Below are positions 1 through 11,441 of a stretch of DNA of 64,000 nt, one piece after another; positions within the stretch are counted from its first letter, which is position 1, and every line of letters begins with the position of its first letter. Both the position numbers and the translations under genes were made by a program. Under the pieces are notes generated by a model, which saw only the letters and a list, made by a program, of their open reading frames with translations, was not told where the DNA came from and searched no databases. Where the stretch lies: contig SVKY01000001.1 in NCBI GenBank assembly GCA_015068235.1, forward strand, positions 5,660 through 69,659, in the 5' to 3' direction. The stretch is from Oscillospiraceae bacterium (GTDB taxonomy: Bacteria; Bacillota; Clostridia; Oscillospirales; Oscillospiraceae).

Positions 1-1017
1 ATAGTCATGACCGTAAGCAGGGGTATATGACGTAATAAATGTATCGTTACAGATCAAGCAGGTGAAGGTGCTGTAGCCGTCCTCCATACAATTCGGAGGT
101 GTTATAACTGCAACATAATCATGGTCGTATGCTGCAGTCGTCTGGGTGCTCAAAACCTTTTCACAGACAGTGCAGCGTTGAATGACAATACCGTCCTGTG
201 TGCATGAAACCTCTTGGATTTGCTCTGTTACGGGCTCGTGTCCGGAAGGTATTGTTTCAGTATGGCTTTCCGAGCAGGTTTGGCATGTATAGGTGATAAC
301 GCCGTCTGTTTCACATGTTTTTTCTGTTGTTACAACACCTTCGTCATAGCTGTGACCGAGAGGGTCGGTTTCATCACTGCGATAGGATGTCTTGCAGTTT
401 GTGCAGGTATAGGTTGTGTAGCCTGAGAGAATGCAGGTCGGAGGTGTCTCGACTACCGTGTAATCATGCCCGTAGGCAGCAATTTCGTTTTCTGTATATT
501 GTTTATCACAGGTAGCGCAAACGTGCAGAGTATAGCCATCTTCGGTACAGCTCGGTGCCTTCACTTGTGTTTGGTAACTATGTCCCAACGCTTCGGTAAT
601 AAGATCGGCATAAGAATCACCACATGCGCTACAGGTGTGGGAAGTGTAGCCGTCTTCTTCACAGGTTGGGGCGATTGTTTCAGTAACATAAACATGTCCT
701 GTTGCGCTGACAACATCATCAGTATACGCGTCGCCGCAAACTGTGCACTGATAATTGGTATAGCCGTCTTGTGTGCAGGTGACAGTGGTTACGGTTGCCT
801 CATACTGATGTCCAAGTGCAGAGATCTCATCGGCGATATAGCTGTGATTGCAGTTAGAGCAAATATATGTGGTGCATCCTTCACTTGTGCAGGTCGGGAT
901 TGTAACATAGGGCTCGTAGCTGTGACCGATGAGCGGAAGTATTTCTTTGCTCAATTCCTCACCGCAATGATCGCAAACATCCGTGATGAAACCATCAGAT
1001 TCGCAGGTGGGCTCTGT
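1..1017 (-). repeat. At least 9 tandem ~99-nt (33-aa) coding repeats with the pattern PTC-x3-G-x6-C-x2-C-x3-Y-x8-10-GH. Two more copies lie at about 1830-2040.
   Basis: Translated units include TIPTCTSEGCTTYICSNCNHSYIADEISALGHQYEATV, TTVTCTQDGYTNYQCTVCGDAYTDDVVSATGHVYV and IAPTCEEDGYTSHTCSACGDSYADLITEALGHSY. The three Cys and one His keep invariant spacing. Confidence 0.8.
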
Positions 1018-3684
1018 TCTGATTATGGTCGTCGTCGAATGCAGACAGGCAAATTCTGTGGTATAGCAAGCGTTATCGAGCGACGCTGCGGTTTGCACAT
1101 ACATATGGATGTCGGCTTGCTCGGCACTTGCGTAGCAGGCAAAGCGATTGTATGTGGAATTAAAACGCATATACTTTCTGCTGTTACTGCCCTGTGCAAC
1201 AAAATTCATTGCGCTTGTTGAAGTGTTTCTCGAAAGTGTCCATGAGGCGTCGGCGCTTAGGGTTTGCGTTGAGCAAAGACTGTTTGCATCAGAGGAGGCA
1301 GCGTAAAGATAGCCGTGGCTGTCCTTAAACGAGATGATGCTCGGCTCGCTGTCGCCGTTGACACCAAACCCCAAAGTAAACAGCGCAACAGCTTCGTCAG
1401 TGATGACGATCGTTTTTTTGTCCTCACTCTTGGTGATCGCAACACCCACACGATTTGTAGCATCCTGTGTCGTGCTGATCGCATAATCGTAGTCCGCTGC
1501 GGTGATAAGGATGGTATCGCCAATATAGAGTGTATTCGTTCCGTCAAACTGGGTGAAGGTTCTGGTGATGCCCGTAACTCCGTAAAGATAAAGCGGATAA
1601 AGGATGACATTGCTGTTGCCCGAATAGTAGGTTTTACCTTCGTAGTAGATGGTTGTCGGCGCTGTTGAGGAGTTATCATAGCGCATTGGTACCCAGCCGA
1701 TAAACACGGCATCGTCCGATGCTGTCACGGGGAAGCCTGTGACAGAGGGCATGGTGAAGCTGGTGCCGGTCATGGGTGCGATTTTATCTACACCTTCGGG
1801 GACGATAAAATAGATCGTATGAGGGACCAAAACTTCGGTATAATCGCCTGTATAGCTGTATCCGCAGAGGTTACAGGTGTAGGTCGTGTAGCCCTGCTCG
1901 GTCTCGGTCGGAGGTGTGACGATGCTGCTGTAATCGTGATCGATCATTTCGGTGTAGTCCGATATTGTAACATCGCCGCAGATGGTGCAGGTGTAGGTCG
2001 TATAGCCCTGCGCCGTACAGGTCGGTGCAGTGACAGATGTCGTGTAGTTATGTGCAGAGGGGGCATATTTTTTGTTGCTGTCAATGATCCGCTGAGCGAT
2101 CGATTTGTCCGCGAAATCAAGCATAACAATGCCCATTCTGCTGCCGACATTCCAAAAGCCCTGATTTGCCACTTCCGCCAAAAGATGCGAGTTCATCGTG
2201 CGTGAGCCGGCAAGCGGCGTTGTGACATAGGCGCTGGTTGCGATGCTGTTATAGTTAAAAACGAAGTCACTCTTGGCAATCGTCGGAGGCGTTTGGCTAT
2301 CGGTCGTGCCAAGCTTTCCGTTGAGCTGTTTGGCTGTGTTCAGGAACTGCAGTTTTTTGTTATCAAGAGAGCAGGAGTAATCGTCCTGGATCCAGACACC
2401 GCAGGAAGCGGCATTGGCGCTTTGTCCCGATTGTGTATTGATCTTTTGCGCAAAGTGCAGAGAATCATTATAATTGTCATCCCACTTGCGCAGGTCAGGT
2501 CCTAAGTAGGAGGGGTAACTCGATGTACTGACCTCCAGACGTGACATGATCACGATCTTTCCTCGAACATCACCCAAGGAGGGGGAGTCCTTTGACCAAT
2601 CATATAAGATGCTCTTATAGTTATTCAAAATCGTCAGCGTCTTATCTACAACGGCGCTGTCACCGCTATCCTTCTTGATTACAAAAATAACGGTCTCTGA
2701 AGGATATTTCGTCAAAAAAGATTTGGCGGTTGATAAAGCATAATCCAAGGTCAACGGCTGATCCTTATTCGTACCGTGATCCTTATGATAGCAGGTGACG
2801 AGGCTGTGATTCAAGGTAACGGTACTGTTTGCGTAGCCCAAACGGATATCCAATGCTCGGATACCTGCAAGGAGCTGTTCATCCAAAAACAGCTTTTGGC
2901 AACGTGCGACCGACAGGTCACCCACGGCAATATCGCCGGTGTGTGTAGCTGCAGAGTCGTGTGTGCCGGGGATATTGATCGCCGAAAGGGGAGTGCAGTC
3001 GGGAATATTGTCCATCCAGCTCACATCGGTCGGAAGTGCTTTGCCGGATTCACGGCTGACGATATGAATCCTCCACGGAAAGCCTGTGGCAGAAAGTACA
3101 GTGTTGCAGCCGTCTGTTGCCCAGGACGTTCCGTCAGAAAAACCTTCGGGCGCAAGGTAACGAGTGACACCTTTGGACAGAGTGTAATAGCTTCCGATAT
3201 AGAATGTCTCGGGGTCACAGTCGTTGTCTTCGACGAGATAAAACAGCTTGCTGATATCATTCAGATCACTGTCGTTCCAAACGTGGATATTTGCCCCGAC
3301 AGAGGTGGACTTGCTTTCGATATCCCAAAAAAACAGATCAGATGTATCATCCACGCTCTGGGATTCCTCAAAATTCGACGTTGCCAAAGCAAAAGAGCCG
3401 CTTTCGAGTCTGCGAACCAGCCATTTCGAGGCAGAGCCGCCCCGCCACATATGCACATCTTCGCCGATCATGTCGCCGCCGTTTTCACCGGAGAGTGAAA
3501 AATCGGTATAATTGACCTTGCCGCCGTTGACGTGCTTTGCGGGATAAACGCTGATGTAATCGCCCAATTGCAAATAGCTCGTCACAGCATTGCTCGGAAG
3601 TGCCGTGGCTGCCCATGCAACACAAGGCAGGCAGGAGATGATCAGCGCCAAAAGCACGGTCAAACTGAGAAATCTTTTTTTCAT
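1..3684 (-). CDS. Secreted multidomain protein, C-terminus beyond the left window edge (at least 1228 aa). Contains a signal peptide, a possible lectin-like region, a PI-PLC X-domain-like phosphodiesterase, an unknown middle domain and at least 11 Cys-rich ~33-aa repeats.
   Basis: Absent from the ORF track because no stop codon lies inside the window. The minus frame from ATG 3682-3684 (RBS AAGGAGTGA upstream) read stop-free through the whole gene, confirmed by codon spot checks at several places. N-terminus is MKKRFLSLTVLLALIISCLPCVAWA. Motifs INIPGTHDSAA, LDIRL and MLDFAD are typical of bacterial PI-PLC-like phosphodiesterases. Confidence 0.8.
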   Translation of the reverse strand, partial: MKKRFLSLTVLLALIISCLPCVAWAATALPSNAVTSYLQLGDYISVYPAKHVNGGKVNYTDFSLSGENGGDMIGEDVHMWRGGSASKWLVRRLESGSFALATSNFEESQSVDDTSDLFFWDIESKSTSVGANIHVWNDSDLNDISKLFYLVEDNDCDPETFYIGSYYTLSKGVTRYLAPEGFSDGTSWATDGCNTVLSATGFPWRIHIVSRESGKALPTDVSWMDNIPDCTPLSAINIPGTHDSAATHTGDIAVGDLSVARCQKLFLDEQLLAGIRALDIRLGYANSTVTLNHSLVTCYHKDHGTNKDQPLTLDYALSTAKSFLTKYPSETVIFVIKKDSGDSAVVDKTLTILNNYKSILYDWSKDSPSLGDVRGKIVIMSRLEVSTSSYPSYLGPDLRKWDDNYNDSLHFAQKINTQSGQSANAASCGVWIQDDYSCSLDNKKLQFLNTAKQLNGKLGTTDSQTPPTIAKSDFVFNYNSIATSAYVTTPLAGSRTMNSHLLAEVANQGFWNVGSRMGIVMLDFADKSIAQRIIDSNKKYAPSAHNYTTSVTAPTCTAQGYTTYTCTICGDVTISDYTEMIDHDYSSIVTPPTETEQGYTTYTCNLCGYSYTGDYTEVLVPHTIYFIVPEGVDKIAPMTGTSFTMPSVTGFPVTASDDAVFIGWVPMRYDNSSTAPTTIYYEGKTYYSGNSNVILYPLYLYGVTGITRTFTQFDGTNTLYIGDTILITAADYDYAISTTQDATNRVGVAITKSEDKKTIVITDEAVALFTLGFGVNGDSEPSIISFKDSHGYLYAASSDANSLCSTQTLSADASWTLSRNTSTSAMNFVAQGSNSRKYMRFNSTYNRFACYASAEQADIHMYVQTAASLDNACYTTEFACLHSTTTIIRTEPTCESDGFITDVCDHCGEELSKEILPLIGHSYEPYVTIPTCTSEGCTTYICSNCNHSYIADEISALGHQYEATVTTVTCTQDGYTNYQCTVCGDAYTDDVVSATGHVYVTETIAPTCEEDGYTSHTCSACGDSYADLITEALGHSYQTQVKAPSCTEDGYTLHVCATCDKQYTENEIAAYGHDYTVVETPPTCILSGYTTYTCTNCKTSYRSDETDPLGHSYDEGVVTTEKTCETDGVITYTCQTCSESHTETIPSGHEPVTEQIQEVSCTQDGIVIQRCTVCEKVLSTQTTAAYDHDYVAVITPPNCMEDGYSTFTCLICNDTFITSYTPAYGHDY

Positions 3685-3771
3685 AGTATCACTCCTTAGC
3701 TATACTTTTCCATATTAAAGAAATTATAACATATCGTTACGAAGATTTCAATCATTATTATATTAATATGA

Positions 3772-3810
3772 ATAAAAATCCGATGCGTTTTCACACATCG
3801 GATTCGTTTT
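3772..3810 (-). terminator. Rho-independent terminator after the DUF1624 gene
   Basis: 9-bp stem AATCCGATG (3777-3785) / CATCGGATT (3796-3804), followed on the minus strand by TTTTTA. It overlaps the stop codon at 3809-3811. Confidence 0.6.
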
Positions 3811-4513
3811 ATGAAAAGAGGAGAATTACAATACCTGTGATAATCGGTTGGTGCAGTAAATAAATCTCTAACGAGTGACGTCCGATGAAGCTGAAAAAGC
3901 AAATCACGGGCAACTGCACCGACACACGAGGAAACAGTGTATTCTTATTCCTGTATAAGGATTTGCCGATGGATGCGCCAAGCAGGAAGGAGCCAAGACC
4001 GGGGAAAATCGGAAAGAAGTCCGCACCCGTAAAGATCCTGCCTGAGCGCAACCCCAAGGGGAAGAGAAAATCAACATCAACGGTAAAGGTCATGAACCAG
4101 CGACCGATAGAAATGATTATGATCCCAATGAGCGCCAAAAGCCAAGACGGAAGCCTTTTGAACAGAGGATAGACGAGCATGCAAACTCCGAGCAGATGCA
4201 AAATGCCGAACCAAATGCGCACATTTCCCATCTGCAGCACATAGTCCATGAATACGGTAACGAGCGTGACGAGCATGCCTGCTGCATAGACGATCAGCCC
4301 ACGTTTCACACATTTTGAGCCAAGTGTGACACAGATTCCGGAAATCAAAACAAACAAAAGATGTCCGTATTGCTGCACAACCAGGAACCATTGCGGAATG
4401 TGAAGCGTAAGATCGGTAAACATCAAAAGATCATAGATCAAATGCACGAAGATCATCCCAATGATACATACGCCTCTCAGCGCATCAAGTTCCCAAATGC
4501 GTTGCTTTTTCAT
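3809..4513 (-). CDS. DUF1624 / heparan-alpha-glucosaminide N-acetyltransferase-like polytopic membrane acyltransferase
   Basis: MKKQRIWELDALRGVCIIGMIFVHLIYDL followed by multiple hydrophobic segments. I place the start at the internal ATG 4511-4513, which forms an ATGA overlap with the upstream stop. The ORF-track start at 4636 lies inside the upstream gene. Confidence 0.65.
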   Translation of the reverse strand: MKKQRIWELDALRGVCIIGMIFVHLIYDLLMFTDLTLHIPQWFLVVQQYGHLLFVLISGICVTLGSKCVKRGLIVYAAGMLVTLVTVFMDYVLQMGNVRIWFGILHLLGVCMLVYPLFKRLPSWLLALIGIIIISIGRWFMTFTVDVDFLFPLGLRSGRIFTGADFFPIFPGLGSFLLGASIGKSLYRNKNTLFPRVSVQLPVICFFSFIGRHSLEIYLLHQPIITGIVILLFS

Positions 4514-6216
4514 TCCTGCTGCGCTGCCTCCTCTTCTAAAACACGGTAGGCAACCTTTCCAACCAAGGTTTTGGGGAGATCCTTGCGGAATTCGATCTCC
4601 GACGGCATGGCATATTTGGCAATGCGCTCTTTGCAATAGCCAAGAAGCTCCTGTTTCAGCGCTTCAGAGGGTTGGTATTGCGGCTTTAGCACGACATAAG
4701 CCTTAATGCGCTGCATTTTGTAGGAATCCTTGACTCCGATGACACAAGAGATCAGAACCTTTTCATGACCGTCGATGATATTTTCAAGCTGGCTGGGATA
4801 GACATTATATCCGCTCGTGATGATCATTCGCTTGATGCGCTGTTTGAAGTAGACAAAGCCGTCAGTATCCATTGTGCCCAAATCGCCCGTATGAAGCCAA
4901 ATCCGGCCATCGGCATGGCGCTTCAAGGTGTCGGCCGTTTCTTCGGGATTATCGAGATAGCCTATCATCACGGAAGGACCGCTGAGGCAGATCTCTCCCT
5001 CAACGCCTGCTTCGACTTCGTTTTGTGTACCGGTAGCAACGATCTTAAAATACATATCGGGGAAGGGGATGCCGATCGAGCCGTCTTTCGATGCGCCGAT
5101 CGGAGTCAGGCAGCATGCTGTGACACATTCCGTTGTGCCGTAGCCTTCACGGATCTCAACAGGGGAGTTATGAGCCTTCAAGAAGGCATCGACTTTGTGC
5201 TTCAGTTCTACAGAGAGGCTGTCGCCACCTGAGAAAACGCCTCGAAGGAAAGACATGTCAAGCTTGTCCAATTTTTCTGCACGTAGAAGTGCCTCGAACA
5301 GTGTCGGAACGCCGGGAATGAAATTCGGCTTCTTCGTGCGCAGAAGCTTGGCGTAGGTTTTGATCGAGAAATTCGGGACCAAAATGCACTTTGCACCGCC
5401 AACCAGAGCGGTATGAATGCCGATACCCAGACCGAATCCGTGAAAAATCGGCATGATAGAAAGCATGCTCATTGCGTTGATGCTTTGATAGCCGCTTGCA
5501 GCGATGGTCTGCAATGCCAAGGCATTAAAATTTCGGCTGGAAAGGCAGATGCCCTTTGTCGTACCTGTTGTACCGCCGGAATAGAGAATACAGGCACAGT
5601 CTGAAGCTTTCGCCGTGTCTTTCGGCAAAGGCGAACTACAGTGCAGAATCATATCACTCCAAAGGGTGTAGGTGTCATCTTTGGGAAGCGCCGGGATTTT
5701 TTTCGCCTCCGTCAGATGATAACCGAACCTTGTGAGTGTGGGTAACTCTGTCTGAAGCTGTGCAATGAGCAGCTTCGGCTGGTGCTTCGACAATTTAATC
5801 GCAGAGAAAACCTTGTCATAAAAACGATCTAAAGTCAAAATTGCCTTGCTTTTGGAGACATCCAAATAAAAAGTGATCTCCTGCGTTGCCGAGAGCGGAT
5901 GGATCATATTCGGCACTGCGCCCAAACGATTCAGCGCATAGAAGCAGTGCAACGCCTGCGGCGCATTCGGCATGCAGATCGTCACACGGTCGCCCTTTCG
6001 GATGCCAAAATCGTATAGTGCGCTCGCAGCAGTATCGATCCGCTGCAAAAACGCACGGTAATTTGTTTTCTTTCCCATAAATTCATAAGCGCAATTTGTG
6101 GGATATTTTTTCGCAGTCTGTGCAATGATCTGATAGAGCGTCAGGTCGGGATAATCAAGATGATGTGGGATGTCTCCGTAGAACTTCAGCCACGGGGCAG
6201 AGGATGAAATCGTCAT
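4510..6216 (-). CDS. AMP-dependent acyl-CoA synthetase/ligase (FadD-like)
   Basis: AMP-binding motifs YSGGTTGTTKG, GYGTTE, LHTGDLG and PKTLVGKV. Start chosen at MTISS because GGAGG lies 8 nt upstream of ATG 6214-6216. Confidence 0.85.
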   Translation of the reverse strand: MTISSSAPWLKFYGDIPHHLDYPDLTLYQIIAQTAKKYPTNCAYEFMGKKTNYRAFLQRIDTAASALYDFGIRKGDRVTICMPNAPQALHCFYALNRLGAVPNMIHPLSATQEITFYLDVSKSKAILTLDRFYDKVFSAIKLSKHQPKLLIAQLQTELPTLTRFGYHLTEAKKIPALPKDDTYTLWSDMILHCSSPLPKDTAKASDCACILYSGGTTGTTKGICLSSRNFNALALQTIAASGYQSINAMSMLSIMPIFHGFGLGIGIHTALVGGAKCILVPNFSIKTYAKLLRTKKPNFIPGVPTLFEALLRAEKLDKLDMSFLRGVFSGGDSLSVELKHKVDAFLKAHNSPVEIREGYGTTECVTACCLTPIGASKDGSIGIPFPDMYFKIVATGTQNEVEAGVEGEICLSGPSVMIGYLDNPEETADTLKRHADGRIWLHTGDLGTMDTDGFVYFKQRIKRMIITSGYNVYPSQLENIIDGHEKVLISCVIGVKDSYKMQRIKAYVVLKPQYQPSEALKQELLGYCKERIAKYAMPSEIEFRKDLPKTLVGKVAYRVLEEEAAQQE

Positions 6217-6372
6217 TTTGTGCCTCCAAGTGTTCATTGTCAGCATTATAACAAATTCTTCCTCAAAAATAAATGGTCATTTTTTAACATCTGTTATTTT
6301 TTTATTTTCCTCTTTATTTCTGCGCAAAAATGTAATAAAATATAGAAGAAGAAATATTACATAGGAGATATT

Positions 6373-8742
6373 ATGACACAACAATTTGAAAAGAGATTTA
6401 TTGACGCTCGCAGAGCCTATATTGCTGCGCAGTTTGGTAATATGAACGACCGACAGCTGAGTGCGGTGATGACTACGCAGGGACCTTTGCTGCTTTTGGC
6501 AGGCGCAGGCAGCGGCAAGACCACAGTTTTGATCCATAGGATCGCCAATTTGATGCGTTTTGGCAGTGGCTCGGATTCTGAGTTTGTGCCGGATTGGGTT
6601 ACCGAGGAGGATGTTATTTTCCTGGAGACCGAATCCTTAAAGCCGTCAGAAGATGGGCAGGAGCGAGCATGCAGGCTTTGCGCTCTCGAACCTGCTGCGC
6701 CATGGTCGATCATTGCAATCACTTTTACCAATAAGGCGGCAAATGAGCTAAAGACCCGTTTGGAAAATATGCTCGGTTCGATTGCGCAGGATGTTTGGGC
6801 AATGACGTTTCACTCTGCCTGCTGCCGCATTTTGCGCCGTGAGATCGAGCGTATCGGCTACGATCGCAGCTTTACGATTTATGATACCTCGGATTCCGAA
6901 CGTGTGATCAAGGAAATTTTGAAAGAACGCAATTGGGATGAAAAGCTCTTTGTGCCCAAAGCGGTGCTTGGCATGATTTCCAAAGCGAAGGACAAGCAGC
7001 GCTCGCCCGAGGATTTTGCAAAAGATGTCGGGGATGATTACCGTCTCAAGCGCATTGCGGAGCTTTATGCCGAATATCAAAAGAGATTGAAAGCCTCCAA
7101 TGCGGTGGATTTTGATGATATTATTCTGCTGACGGTGAAAATTTTGCAGGAATTTGAAGAAGTTCGTACCTATTATCAGCGCAAATTCCGATATGTCCTG
7201 ATTGACGAGTATCAGGACACGAACCATCTGCAATATCTTTTGGCATCGCTTTTGGCAGGCGGCTATGAAAATATCTGCGTTGTCGGTGATGATGATCAAA
7301 GCATTTATCGATTCCGAGGCGCAACGATCCAGAATATTTTGGACTTTGAAAAGCAGTTCCACGGCGCAAGAACCATTCGCTTGGAGCAGAATTACCGCTC
7401 CACGCAGTCGATCCTCGATGCGGCAAATGCGGTCATTTCCAATAATATCGGACGTAAAGGAAAGCGCCTGTGGACAAATAACGGCACCGGCGAGAGAATT
7501 CTGCACTACGAGGCAATGAATGAAAGCGATGAAGCGAGCTTTGTTGCAAATCAGATCCTGTCGGAAGTGAAGGGCGGCGCATTTCGTGATTTTGCGGTGC
7601 TTTACCGCACAAATGCGCAATCGAACGCAATGGAATATGCCTTCAAGCGTTCTGGTGTACCGTATCGCATCATCGGCGGCACACGCTTCTTTGACCGTGC
7701 TGAGGTCAAGGATATGCTTGCTTATCTGTGGGTGATCAATAACCGTGCCGATGATCTCAGATTAAAGCGCATCATCAATCAGCCACCGAGAGGGATCGGC
7801 GCAAAGAGCATAGAAACAGTTGAACGCTTGGCATCTGCCGAGCAGGTACCGCTGTATCATGTGATTTCGGATCCGTACAGCTATCAGCCGTTGGAGCGTT
7901 CGGCGCAAAAGCTTCTGCAATTTAGCATGCTGATTGAAGAATGTGCCGCACTTTTGGATACAATGTCCTTGCCGGAGTTTTATGAGGAGCTTTTGGTCCG
8001 CACGGGCTATGTTGCCATGCTTGAGCAGAAGGATGAACAGGAGAACAGAACTCGTTTGGAGAACGTCCGAGAATTGAAATCCTCGCTTGTCAATTATGCG
8101 CAAAATACTGATACGCCGACACTTAATGGATTTTTGGAGGAAATCGCACTCTATACAGACATTGAGCAGTATGATCAAGAAGCGGATGCCGTCGTGATGA
8201 TGACGATGCACTCTGCAAAGGGCTTGGAATTTCCGAATGTCTATCTTGTCGGCGCTGAAGAGGGGATTTTCCCCGGAATGCGTGCGATCGGCGAGCAGGA
8301 GGAGATCGAGGAGGAACGCAGACTATGCTATGTTGCCATCACTCGAGCTAAGAAGCGCTTGACTATTACCAGCGCACGTCAGCGCATGCTTTACGGTCAC
8401 ACAACGGTCAATCGCCGTTCGAGATTCTTGGATGAAATACCATCTGAACTTATGATCGAGGAGGCTGCGCAGAAGCCGAAGGTTGCATATACGCCGATAT
8501 CTTATGCCAAGCCTCAGACACCACAGCGCCCGACAGTCAGCTACATTCCGCAGAAGGCGAAGGCGGCATCGCCGGAATTTGCCAAGGGTGATATGGTAAA
8601 CCACGACACCTTCGGCAGAGGCATGATTTTGTCTGTTTTGAAAATGGGAAACGATGCCATGCTCGAAATTGCATTCGATCAGGTCGGAACAAAACGACTG
8701 ATGGCAGTTGCAGCGGCAGCAAAAATGCGCAAGCTTTCATAA
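6373..8742 (+). CDS. pcrA: ATP-dependent DNA helicase PcrA (UvrD family)
   Basis: Walker A AGAGSGKTTVL, DEYQDTN, the TFHSA and VMMTMHSAKGLEF motifs, a C-terminal Tudor-like tail and the classic pcrA-ligA neighbourhood. Confidence 0.9.
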   Translation: MTQQFEKRFIDARRAYIAAQFGNMNDRQLSAVMTTQGPLLLLAGAGSGKTTVLIHRIANLMRFGSGSDSEFVPDWVTEEDVIFLETESLKPSEDGQERACRLCALEPAAPWSIIAITFTNKAANELKTRLENMLGSIAQDVWAMTFHSACCRILRREIERIGYDRSFTIYDTSDSERVIKEILKERNWDEKLFVPKAVLGMISKAKDKQRSPEDFAKDVGDDYRLKRIAELYAEYQKRLKASNAVDFDDIILLTVKILQEFEEVRTYYQRKFRYVLIDEYQDTNHLQYLLASLLAGGYENICVVGDDDQSIYRFRGATIQNILDFEKQFHGARTIRLEQNYRSTQSILDAANAVISNNIGRKGKRLWTNNGTGERILHYEAMNESDEASFVANQILSEVKGGAFRDFAVLYRTNAQSNAMEYAFKRSGVPYRIIGGTRFFDRAEVKDMLAYLWVINNRADDLRLKRIINQPPRGIGAKSIETVERLASAEQVPLYHVISDPYSYQPLERSAQKLLQFSMLIEECAALLDTMSLPEFYEELLVRTGYVAMLEQKDEQENRTRLENVRELKSSLVNYAQNTDTPTLNGFLEEIALYTDIEQYDQEADAVVMMTMHSAKGLEFPNVYLVGAEEGIFPGMRAIGEQEEIEEERRLCYVAITRAKKRLTITSARQRMLYGHTTVNRRSRFLDEIPSELMIEEAAQKPKVAYTPISYAKPQTPQRPTVSYIPQKAKAASPEFAKGDMVNHDTFGRGMILSVLKMGNDAMLEIAFDQVGTKRLMAVAAAAKMRKLS

Positions 8743-8781
8743 ATCATCCGCATATTGCATAGCTATCATTGAGGTGGTAGC

Positions 8782-11378
<2,597 letters not shown>

Positions 11379-11441
11379 TTGATAAACATATGTTAATATA
11401 AAATAAACAAATATTGTAATTATGCGAAAGGAAACAGAAAA

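Noticed and set aside
214-3515. Plus-strand ORFs from the track (466-1221, 1315-1668, 1819-2205, 2776-3498 and others), plus short minus-strand ORFs in other frames.
   Set aside because: They lie antisense or out of frame within one continuous, motif-rich minus-strand ORF (1-3684). Their translations are Cys/Arg/Ile-rich and have no recognisable motifs, so they are shadow ORFs.
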